NCBI GenBank assembly: GCA_041655935.1
Contig: JBBAEK010000006.1
Span: 3,390 to 67,389 of the forward strand
Direction: 5' to 3'
Source: Eubacteriales bacterium
GTDB lineage: Bacteria > Bacillota > Clostridia > Oscillospirales > CAG-272
DNA: 64,000 nucleotides
The position numbers and the translations under genes are program-made. Below are positions 17,924 to 25,814 of this stretch, one piece after another (within the stretch, counting starts at the first letter, position 1; each line of letters opens with the position of its first letter). Under the pieces are notes generated by a model. The model was not told where the DNA came from. It ran no database searches and saw only the letters and a program-made list of their open reading frames with translations.

Positions 17924-19761
17924 CGTCCCTCACCTCCCAAGCAGTTGGCCCCGCAACCGCTGCATTGCTCCGCGCAGTTCGGCGTGGGCCGGGCGGCATA
18001 GGCCCGCTCCCGCTCCCGCCACAGAAACGCTTTGCTCACCCCGCAGTCAATCATATCCCAAGGAAGGGTCTCGTCCTTCTCCATCACGCGGTTGGCATAA
18101 AAGGTCGGGTCTATGCCGCAACGGCGAAAGACCTCCATCCATTTGTCAAAATCAAAGCACTCGTCCCATGCGTCAAAGAAAAGCCCCTCGCGGCAGGCCG
18201 TCGCCAGTGCCGGCGCCAGCCGCCTGTCCCCCCGGGCAAAGACCGCCTCCAGGTGAGAGGCCCGGGCGTCGTGCCAGTGGTAGCGCACCTGTCGGTTGGT
18301 GATCTCCCCGCGCAGAAACTGCTGTTTTTCCTCCAGAGTGCCCAGCGGGTCCTGCCCGTCCCACTGAAAAGGGGTAAAGGGTTTGGGGATGAAGCAGGAG
18401 ACGCTCACCGTCACATTGAGCCCGCGGCTCCGCTGCTCTTTGGGAATCGCGCGGTAGGTCTCGGTCACCTTGTCGGCCAGGCGGGCAATGCCCCGCAAGT
18501 CCTCCTGCCCCTCGGTGGGCAGCCCTTGCATAAAGTAGAGCTTCACCGAGCTTTTCCCGTTTCGGAAGGCAATGTCCACCGCCCGCACCAGGTCCGCCTC
18601 GGTGATATTCTTATTGATCACATCCCGCAGCCGCTGGGTGCCCGCCTCCGGGGCAAATGTCAGACCCCCCTGACGAACAGAGGAGACACGCTCCATCAGC
18701 TCCTGGCTGAAGCTGTCCAGCCGCAGGGAGGGCAGCGACAGCCCCACATGGGCGTCGTCGGTCCATGTCAGCAACAGTCGGGTCAGCTCGTCCAGTTTTG
18801 AGTAGTCGCTGATGCTCAGCGACACCAGGGACACCTCGTCATAGCCCGTGTTTTCATAGAGGCACCTGGCTTGCCGCGCCAGGGTCTCGGGTTTTTTTTC
18901 ACGGTTCGGGCGGCACACCATTCCCGCCTGACAGAACCGACAGCCGCGAATACAGCCGCGATTGACCTCCACGACCACGCGGTCATGCACGGTTTCGATA
19001 TAGGGCAGCACAAAGTGGGTGGGAAAGGGAGCGCTGTCAAGATCAGCCACAATTCTTTTTCTGACTTTGGCCGGCACATCGCCGTATCGGGGCACAATCC
19101 CTGCCACCCGACCGTCCTCCCGGTAGCTCACCTCATACAGGGAGGGCACATACATCCCCCCGATCTTGGCGGCCTCACGCAAAAAGCCCTGCTTGGTATA
19201 GCCCCCCGCCTCTTTCATGCGGATATACAGCCGGCAAAGCTCCGGCAGCGACTCCTCCGCCTCGCCGATGGCAAACACATCAAAAAAGTCGGCCACCGGC
19301 TCGGCATTATAGGCACAGGGCCCGCCCCCGATGATCAAGGGGGCGCTCTCGTCCCGCTCCGCGGCATAAAGGGGAATCCCCGCCAGGTCCAGCATATGCA
19401 GCGCGGTGGTGTAGCACAGTTCGTACTGCAAGGAAAACCCCACCATCTCAAACGCCGTCAGCTGCTCTCCGCTTTCCATCGTACACAGGGGGATGCCGTG
19501 CGCCCGCATGGCACGGTCCATATCGAGCCACGGGGCATAGGCCCGCTCGCAGGCAATGTCCTCGGCACGGTTCAGCACATCGTACAGGATGCGCACCCCT
19601 AAGTTGGACATGCCGATTTCATACGTATCCGGGAAGCAGAGGGCAAATCGTAACTTGACCGCCGCGCTGTCTTTTTGGACCTGCCCGTATTCGGCACCGA
19701 TGTACCGCCCCGGCTTGCTCACGGTCTTGAGTAGGGTATCTATGCGCTGTTGATGGGTCAT
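17908..19761 (-). CDS. B12-binding-domain radical SAM protein (TIGR03960 family)
   Basis: The N-terminus is SKPGRYIGAEYGQV. The radical SAM cluster is CIRGCRFCQAG. An ATGA overlap joins it to the upstream gene. Confidence 0.9.
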   Translation of the reverse strand: MTHQQRIDTLLKTVSKPGRYIGAEYGQVQKDSAAVKLRFALCFPDTYEIGMSNLGVRILYDVLNRAEDIACERAYAPWLDMDRAMRAHGIPLCTMESGEQLTAFEMVGFSLQYELCYTTALHMLDLAGIPLYAAERDESAPLIIGGGPCAYNAEPVADFFDVFAIGEAEESLPELCRLYIRMKEAGGYTKQGFLREAAKIGGMYVPSLYEVSYREDGRVAGIVPRYGDVPAKVRKRIVADLDSAPFPTHFVLPYIETVHDRVVVEVNRGCIRGCRFCQAGMVCRPNREKKPETLARQARCLYENTGYDEVSLVSLSISDYSKLDELTRLLLTWTDDAHVGLSLPSLRLDSFSQELMERVSSVRQGGLTFAPEAGTQRLRDVINKNITEADLVRAVDIAFRNGKSSVKLYFMQGLPTEGQEDLRGIARLADKVTETYRAIPKEQRSRGLNVTVSVSCFIPKPFTPFQWDGQDPLGTLEEKQQFLRGEITNRQVRYHWHDARASHLEAVFARGDRRLAPALATACREGLFFDAWDECFDFDKWMEVFRRCGIDPTFYANRVMEKDETLPWDMIDCGVSKAFLWRERERAYAARPTPNCAEQCSGCGANCLGGEGRWCRA

Positions 19762-22652
19762 GTGAGTTCTTTTCCAATCTTGTGTTTCATCATCGCCGCC
19801 TCAATGAACAGCAGCGGCGGTACCAGCGAAGCCACTTGGCAAACGACTGCCGGCAGTGCATACGCGGTAAAGGAGGGCACGAAGGCGGCGAGCAACACGC
19901 CCAGCCCGCCTGCCAGAATCGTGAGGATGACCGACAGATATCGCAGGCGTTTTTGCGTGGTCCGGTAGCCCTTGAAGAGCAACGCCGCATGGTACAGATC
20001 CCGCACCCTGCCGCCACGGCTGAACAGTCCGGTGCGGCACCCGCCGCCCGAGGGGTTCTCTCCGTCGGCTGTCTGCCGATGCAACAGACCAATGCGGCAC
20101 ACGCTGAGATAGGTCAGCCTGTCCAGCAGCTTTTCGGTCATATTGGGGTCCGCCGTTTTGAGGACGGGGTAGATATGTTGCTTGTCCAGTTGTTCCGCAT
20201 ACTTCACAAATCCCGCCCGGATGCCGTAGGCCAGGTACAGCTTGGCACAGGGCTGCCCCTCGACGGCGGTGAACATGATGCGGACATCCCCCCGCTCAAT
20301 CTGTCCCTCGTCGTCCGAGTCATAGTAGAAATTGATTCCCTTGCGCTCCATATAGGTCCCGCGCCCCGCCAAAAAGGCGACCCCGTCAATCACGGCGGCC
20401 AGCCCGTCCTCCGCCACTTCACTGACCAGGACCGCGGGCGGGTTCGGAGTGTCCGTGCGGAACACCCCCTGCAGAGGCCCCCCCACCTCGCCAAAGAGGG
20501 CGGACAGGTACCCCATCACTTTATCCAGCCGGTTTTCACCGCACAGCTTGATTTTTCGCACCTGTACCTGCTCGATGGGAAAGGCGTCGGTGTCCGCAAA
20601 GGTCATCACACCCACCCGGGCATACTCTCTCACCGCCCGCTCCCCCGCCACAGTCAGCCCGTGCTTGGCGAGCAAACGGCGCAGCCGTGCAAAGGTGTAC
20701 CGATGCAGAAAGGCGGCGGACAGGGGCAGCGCCATCAGACAGGTGCTCAGCCCGCGATGCAGGGCGCTCAGTACCCCGCCGTCCGCAAACCACGCGACCA
20801 CCGCCGCGGAGGCAGCCATCACCAACGCGACAATCAGGGGAAAGCGAAGCTGCTGCCACTCGTCATAGCGCACATTGAGCTGGGCCAGAAAACCGCTGTC
20901 CTGCTCGGTACGCGGCTGTGTCTGTATGAGCACCTTAGCAGAGGCCTCCTCGCCCTGTTGCAGACCCGGATACTCCTTGGTACTCCCCAGGGTGGCGCAC
21001 AGCCCTTCCTTTTGCGCCAGCCAATCGGTGGCACTTTGGTACACCCCCCGCACAGACAGCAGCTCAAAGCAGGCCGGGACCAGGAGCAACAGTGCCGCCG
21101 GCAAGCCATAATACACCGCATGCCCCACATGCGCAAAATACTGGTACAGTGTCATGGCACTGCTCAGGCACAAGCCGCACCAGGCCGGCGCCCAGATATC
21201 AACCAATCCTCGCCCCAGACGGCGCAGCGAGCGGTAGAGCGGCCGCCAGGCCACTCCCGCCGCTATCAGGAGAAGCTGCAGGTCAAACAGCAACCACACG
21301 CCACCTACCCGCGCGAGTCCCATCCGCGCCGGCAGGCCCTGCCGCCAGGCGGGCAGGTAGGTCAACAAGACGAGCAGTACGCACAGCGCGCCCTGCACGA
21401 TCAGCCCCACCAGCCGGCGGCGGCACTCTTTTCGCAACTTTTCAAGCCCCGCCTGCGGGTCCTGCTCGTCAAAGTATGCCTCGTCGGCGGGCAATCGCTG
21501 CCGCTTTTGCACCCGCTGAATGGCGGCGCGCCGCTTGTCGCGCCCGGCATCCCTGCCCTCGCGTCCGCTCGACCCTTTGTCGCGCCCGGCTGCCCCTTTT
21601 TTGACCCCGTTTTCTTTATTTTTGTCCGGCGTGTCCGTGCGTTGCAGGGTCTCCAGCCGGCTCATATCCACCTCGGTAAAGGTGCCCTCCCCATGTTCCC
21701 CTCGGACGGACGGCACCGTCTCGGTCACCGAGGCGAAATCCTGCAGACCTGGCGCGGGCGGACTGACCTCAATTGCCTCTATCGTCCCCGTCTTCGCCGG
21801 GTCGTCTCCGGCAGCCTTGGCAGGCTCCGCGGACTGAAACAGGAACAGTCGTCCCTTCCTTTTCCCCAAAGCCTCGCTATACGCGGGCATCGCCGGGGCA
21901 CTCTCCGCCGCAGTCTCCGTTGTGGTAGCCTTTGCCGGGGGGCTCTCCACCCGGTCACTCTCCGCCGGGACAGTTTCTGCCGGGGCGGCCTCCGCCGGGG
22001 CGCTCTTTGTGCGGGCACTCTCCACCCGGGCACTCTCCGCCGAAGTGCTGTCCTCCGTCCGCCGCTTCAGCTGCGGAGCGACGGACGCGCCCTCTCCCTG
22101 CCGGGAAAGGGGTCCCCTTGCCTGCCCTTGATTTTCATGTTCGGCCGCCGCCGGGTGCACCTCCCGCACAGCGGCTTTTTGCGCCACAGCAGCGCCCGCC
22201 GGCAGCTTGTCCCTTGCCGCCGTAGCCGTCGCTCCCTGCTCGTTTGGCTCCGTCACCGCAGCCCCCGCCTGTCGAGCGGCAGAGGTAAAGGGGGCGACCC
22301 TCTCAGGCGCACCCCTGTCCGGCGCCCTGCGGGTGTCCGATAGCACCGCTTCCTGCTCGGAGGGCACCGCCATTCCATCCTGTGCGGCCTGCCGCTCCGA
22401 CGGAGTAGCCTGTCCCTTGACCCCTGCCGCTTGTCGGCCGGACGGTGCCGCACGATGCTCGCCCGTGTCTTTGCTCGGCTTGGCGGATGACTCCTGCTCG
22501 GCTTGGTGCAGGATCTGCTGCACATCCACCCCCTCCGCCGCCCCCTGCTCGTCCGTGCGCGTGGCGTCGGCGTTGAGGTTGGCCTTGAGACGTGTCAACA
22601 AGTCCCTGATATACTCTTTTTCCTGTTGATTGATGCGCTCTTGATCGGCCAT
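19758..22652 (-). CDS. P1B-type ATPase homolog with degenerate catalytic motifs and a long disordered Ala/Pro/Glu/Arg-rich N-terminal region
   Basis: An RBS (GAAGGAGGG) precedes the ATG at 22652. About 430 aa of low-complexity sequence come first, then TM helices. The segment LAKHGLTVAGERAVREYARVGVMTFADTDAFP is colinear with the canonical A(e/k)xGiLiKggeale...vvFDKTGTLT. LKTADPNMT aligns with mlTGDnxxTA, and TADGENPSGG aligns with vGDGINDAPA. Confidence 0.7.
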   Translation of the reverse strand: MADQERINQQEKEYIRDLLTRLKANLNADATRTDEQGAAEGVDVQQILHQAEQESSAKPSKDTGEHRAAPSGRQAAGVKGQATPSERQAAQDGMAVPSEQEAVLSDTRRAPDRGAPERVAPFTSAARQAGAAVTEPNEQGATATAARDKLPAGAAVAQKAAVREVHPAAAEHENQGQARGPLSRQGEGASVAPQLKRRTEDSTSAESARVESARTKSAPAEAAPAETVPAESDRVESPPAKATTTETAAESAPAMPAYSEALGKRKGRLFLFQSAEPAKAAGDDPAKTGTIEAIEVSPPAPGLQDFASVTETVPSVRGEHGEGTFTEVDMSRLETLQRTDTPDKNKENGVKKGAAGRDKGSSGREGRDAGRDKRRAAIQRVQKRQRLPADEAYFDEQDPQAGLEKLRKECRRRLVGLIVQGALCVLLVLLTYLPAWRQGLPARMGLARVGGVWLLFDLQLLLIAAGVAWRPLYRSLRRLGRGLVDIWAPAWCGLCLSSAMTLYQYFAHVGHAVYYGLPAALLLLVPACFELLSVRGVYQSATDWLAQKEGLCATLGSTKEYPGLQQGEEASAKVLIQTQPRTEQDSGFLAQLNVRYDEWQQLRFPLIVALVMAASAAVVAWFADGGVLSALHRGLSTCLMALPLSAAFLHRYTFARLRRLLAKHGLTVAGERAVREYARVGVMTFADTDAFPIEQVQVRKIKLCGENRLDKVMGYLSALFGEVGGPLQGVFRTDTPNPPAVLVSEVAEDGLAAVIDGVAFLAGRGTYMERKGINFYYDSDDEGQIERGDVRIMFTAVEGQPCAKLYLAYGIRAGFVKYAEQLDKQHIYPVLKTADPNMTEKLLDRLTYLSVCRIGLLHRQTADGENPSGGGCRTGLFSRGGRVRDLYHAALLFKGYRTTQKRLRYLSVILTILAGGLGVLLAAFVPSFTAYALPAVVCQVASLVPPLLFIEAAMMKHKIGKELT

Positions 22653-22675
22653 CGGAGTCCCTCCTTCAAAATCGT

Positions 22676-23695
22676 CTACTGACCCTTGCGTTGCCTTGCC
22701 GCCTCACACAAAATCACCGCGGCGGCACTCGATACATTGAGAGAGTTGATTTTCCCATACAGTGGGATGCTCACTGAAAAATCGCATTTTTCCCTCACCA
22801 GGCGGGAGATGCCCGCCCCCTCGCTGCCAAGCACGATGGCGGCGGGACCGCGCAGATCGACACGATGGTAGGGCTCCCCGTCCATATCGGCGGCATAAAT
22901 CCACAACCCCTGTTCTTTCAGGGTGTCGAGGGCAACGGCAAGATTGGTGACTCTGGCCACCGGCAGGTGCGCGAGCGCACCGGCGGAAGCGCGCGCCACC
23001 GCCGACGTCAGCCCGACAGCCCGCCGCTTGGGGATCACCACGCCATGCGCCCCGGCACACTCCGCGGAGCGAATGAGCGCTCCTAAGTTGTGCGGGTCCT
23101 CAATGCCGTCCGCCACCACCAGCAAGGGCGCTTCCCCCAAGGCCGCCGCCCGGTCCAGCATCTCCTGTAGCGACACATAGTTCTGTTCGGCCACCATGCC
23201 CACAATGCCTTGGTGGTTTCTGTGCCCGCACAGCAACTCCAGCCTCGCCCGCTCCACCTCTATGATGGGGACTTTCAGGGCGGCGATGTCCTGCAGTAAC
23301 CGTACCAGTCCGCCGTCCCGATCCCCTTTGGCCACAAACACTTTGTCAATGTCCCGCCCGGCTTTCAGCATTTCCCGTAGCGCATTTCGCCCGGCAATCA
23401 GACTCTCGCTCGGCGAGTCCCCCTCTGCCTCAGGCATCACGCCCTGACGGGTCAATGTCTCCCCCGACAGTTCGGAAGCCGTCACCGGAGCCCCCCGCCG
23501 CTCGGTCTCGGCACCCCGCCGTTCGCCTCCGACGGCCCGCCGCTCGTTCCCGGCGCCCCGCGCCGGAAAACGCCCATCCGTCCGACCGGCAGGCACCTTT
23601 TTGGTGCCTTGCTGCACCATCCCGGCGCCCCGCGCCGCAGATTTCTCATTCACCCGCCCGGCAACCGTCGTCTTTTTTCCGTTTTCCTCGTGCAT
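22676..23695 (-). CDS. rlmB: 23S rRNA (guanosine-2'-O)-methyltransferase RlmB (SpoU/TrmH family) with an Arg/Gly-rich N-terminal extension
   Basis: The sequences IAGRNALREMLKAGRDIDKVFV, EDPHNLGALIRSAECAGAHGVVIP, IVLGSEGAGISRLV and INSLNVSSAAAVILCE are present. The start is taken at MHEENGKK (ATG at 23695), which follows GGAAAGGG. Confidence 0.85.
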   Translation of the reverse strand: MHEENGKKTTVAGRVNEKSAARGAGMVQQGTKKVPAGRTDGRFPARGAGNERRAVGGERRGAETERRGAPVTASELSGETLTRQGVMPEAEGDSPSESLIAGRNALREMLKAGRDIDKVFVAKGDRDGGLVRLLQDIAALKVPIIEVERARLELLCGHRNHQGIVGMVAEQNYVSLQEMLDRAAALGEAPLLVVADGIEDPHNLGALIRSAECAGAHGVVIPKRRAVGLTSAVARASAGALAHLPVARVTNLAVALDTLKEQGLWIYAADMDGEPYHRVDLRGPAAIVLGSEGAGISRLVREKCDFSVSIPLYGKINSLNVSSAAAVILCEAARQRKGQ

Positions 23696-23800
23696 ATTCA
23701 GCCCTTTCCGGCGTTTGCCGCGGCAAAGCGGCTCTCTTTGATTCACAATTCCCTTGATAATATGTTACGATCAAAACGCTTCTCTTGCCATGGCACCTTG

Positions 23801-23894
23801 GCGCAGCCGTCCATCAGGCAAGCCGCACGGATGTGCGGCAGGAGCGGTAGCTCCCCGTATGGCAAAAGCAATACGGATTGCCTGTATTATACCA
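23801..23894 (-). promoter_or_regulatory. Extended -10 promoter plus conserved triple-hairpin leader module, copy A (upstream of rlmB)
   Basis: On the minus strand the module reads TGGTATAAT-ACAGGCAATC-[CCGTATTGC TTTT GCCATACGG]-G-[GGAGC TACC GCTCC]-T-[GCCGCAC ATCC GTGCGGC]-TTGCCTGATGGACGGCTGCGC. It is about 80 percent identical to 43521-43614, and the differences lie in loops or are compensatory. Confidence 0.55.
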
Positions 23895-24013
23895 CAACTC
23901 ACAAAAAAAGTATAGCCCCATGTCAAAAGTTGCAAATCAAAAGCCGGACATCCGCCCCCCGAACACCCGCACCCTCCCGGGCACACCCGCCTCGCCATCA
24001 AACCCTATCCGCA

Positions 24014-24058
24014 AAAGAAAAGCACGCAAACCCGATATTCGGGTTTGCGTGCTTTTCT
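24014..24058. terminator. Bidirectional rho-independent terminator after the zinc-ribbon gene
   Basis: A perfect 14-bp stem pairs AGCACGCAAACCCG (24021-24034) with CGGGTTTGCGTGCT (24040-24053). It is flanked by AAAAGAAA and TTTTC. Confidence 0.8.
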
Positions 24059-24068
24059 CCGCCGAAAC

Positions 24069-24341
24069 TTAGTTTCTCTTTGCTGCGTAGCATTCGCTGC
24101 AGTAAACCGCTTTGCCTTCGGTCGGATTGAAGGGCACTTTGCATTCCTTGCCACAATCGGCGCAAATGGCATCAAACATCTCCCGCGCGCCTCTTGTTGC
24201 CTGCTTCCTGCTGTCGCGACAAACCTTGCATCTCTGGGGCTCGTTTTGGAAACCCTTCTCTGCATAGAATTCCTGCTCACCTGCTGTGAACACGAAATCG
24301 CTGCCGCAATCCTTGCACTTCATTGTCTTGTCCTGAAACAT
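24069..24341 (-). CDS. Small zinc-ribbon protein (two CxxC pairs twice)
   Basis: The sequence is MFQDKTMKCKDCGSDFVFTAGEQEFYAEKGFQNEPQRCKVCR...CADCGKECKVPFNPTEGKAVYCSECY. I trimmed the start to the ATG at 24341, which follows GAGG with a 9-nt spacer. Confidence 0.75.
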   Translation of the reverse strand: MFQDKTMKCKDCGSDFVFTAGEQEFYAEKGFQNEPQRCKVCRDSRKQATRGAREMFDAICADCGKECKVPFNPTEGKAVYCSECYAAKRN

Positions 24342-24458
24342 CTGCACTACCTCGCTTAAAATGGTTAAAAATTTTGCCCTTAGACGGATTCCAACCGACA
24401 CCTTTGATAACAACGCTCTCCCTTAAGCTACTGGGGCATATAGACATTTTAATTAAGA

Positions 24459-25046
24459 TCACTGAATTTTTCGGCGCAATTTCATGGTGGCTCTGCCAAG
24501 CGCATTGCTGACCGATTTGACACTTTTGCCCGCCTCTTTCGCAATTTGCCGGAGTGGCATGGCATCGACATATCGCTCAAACACGTACATTTCATACTTT
24601 GACAGTACCTGTTTGATACGCTCGTAAAGTGCATCGGCAGCTTCAGAATCAATTAATTTTTTCAAAACATCATCGCAGTTGCCCGCGCTGATATAACTGT
24701 CCAGTTGGCCCTTCTCGTTCAGTTCGTCAAGGGAAACGCAATCAGGGGAAGCGGAACGCCTACGCACAAAGTGCGAGATCAATGCATGGTTGATGCAGAT
24801 TTTCGCATACAAACCAAAGGTCGGATCGGCAGATTCCATACGGTAAGACAGGGCCGCCCGATACAAAGCGCGCCTGCCTTCCTGCAACACTTCCTGTCGG
24901 TCGGCGTACGGACACCGTACCAAACAAGCGCTGACGCAGGCAGTGAGCAGCGGTTCATACTGACAAAGAAGCCGTTCAAATGAAATTTGGTCTCCCTTTT
25001 TGACCGCTCGGATGAGGGCTTGGAGGTCTGCATTTGTATGATTCAT
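24459..25046 (-). CDS. Sigma-70 family RNA polymerase sigma factor (SigH-like size and layout)
   Basis: Region 2 reads EVLQEGRRALYRAALSY...FGLYAKICINHALISHF. The region 4 HTH reads MPLRQIAKEAGKSVKSVSNALGRATMKLRR. Confidence 0.85.
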   Translation of the reverse strand: MNHTNADLQALIRAVKKGDQISFERLLCQYEPLLTACVSACLVRCPYADRQEVLQEGRRALYRAALSYRMESADPTFGLYAKICINHALISHFVRRRSASPDCVSLDELNEKGQLDSYISAGNCDDVLKKLIDSEAADALYERIKQVLSKYEMYVFERYVDAMPLRQIAKEAGKSVKSVSNALGRATMKLRRKIQ

Positions 25047-25082
25047 ATATAACCAAGTGCAAAATTAAGCCATTTCAAGTAC

Positions 25083-25110
25083 ATTATACCAGTCGTGACG
25101 CAAATGTCAA
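25083..25110 (-). promoter_or_regulatory. Extended -10 promoter for the sigma-factor gene
   Basis: On the minus strand: TTGACA, a 16-nt spacer, then TGGTATAAT. Confidence 0.55.
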
Positions 25111-25196
25111 GCATTTTGTAAACTTTTTTTGAAAATTATTAATAAATTATTCAATTCATCCGTTTTTTGACTCATCTGCCGCGCACAGGCGCCCGC

Positions 25197-25754
25197 TCAA
25201 TTCAGCAGGTAGTCCACTTCTCCCGCCAGCACGGCGAGCACACCCCGGAATACCGCATCCGGCTTTTTTTCAAAATTGTGCTTAATCTGCTCGGCCTCCG
25301 CCTGGGTGGTCACGGTGGCGCGCACCTGCAACAACTCCCCCGACGACTCGGTGATGCGGCAGGTCACCTCATACCGTTTATCGTCGCGCAAAGTCACACT
25401 GCACCCTACGCGCGCACCGCGCCGGCGCAGGCTGAGCAGTTTGGCGGCCGCCACGGCACTTTGGGTGCGAACGGTCTCCGAAATGCCGCTTTGCAGCTCT
25501 GCCGCCACTTCCCTGCCGCTTTGCGCGATCACATAAAACCGCTCCCCGTCCACCTCGTCCGAGAGGACATGCCCCAGCTCGACCAGCTCATCAAAGCACT
25601 CGGCGAAATCAAAGGCATGCACAAGGCCGCCCCCGCAGGCCATATCATGAATGGTCTGATAGTCCAGCGGCTGCGATGTGCCGCTGAGCAGGTACAGCAG
25701 GAACACTTTGATATCCGTCTTATCCTCGAGTGCCGGTTCCGGTGTGTATTTCAT
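25197..25754 (-). CDS. DUF4364-family protein
   Basis: The sequence IKVFLLYLLSGTSQPLDYQTIHDMACGGGLVHAFDFAECFDELVELGHV matches the DUF4364 pattern. I trimmed the start to MKYTPEP (ATG at 25754), which follows AGAGGAAAA. Confidence 0.7.
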   Translation of the reverse strand: MKYTPEPALEDKTDIKVFLLYLLSGTSQPLDYQTIHDMACGGGLVHAFDFAECFDELVELGHVLSDEVDGERFYVIAQSGREVAAELQSGISETVRTQSAVAAAKLLSLRRRGARVGCSVTLRDDKRYEVTCRITESSGELLQVRATVTTQAEAEQIKHNFEKKPDAVFRGVLAVLAGEVDYLLN

Positions 25755-25814
25755 GGTGTTTTCCTCTTTGGTACAGGGAGGCTCGTTCCGCCCGTGCGCC
25801 TTGGCTCCGACCAC

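Noticed and set aside
19782-22343. An 853-aa ORF on the plus strand.
   Set aside because: It lies entirely antisense to the 964-aa minus-strand gene, which has an RBS, a TM topology and P-type ATPase colinearity. Its translation is Arg/Pro/Gly/His-rich with no motifs, typical of a shadow ORF in GC-rich DNA.
23801-23894. The triple-hairpin module as a tRNA or tRNA-like gene (a cloverleaf-looking 4-way junction).
   Set aside because: All three loops are tetraloops. There is no T-loop (GTTCRANYC), D-loop or 7-nt anticodon loop. The outer helix is only 5 bp and probably straddles the TSS.
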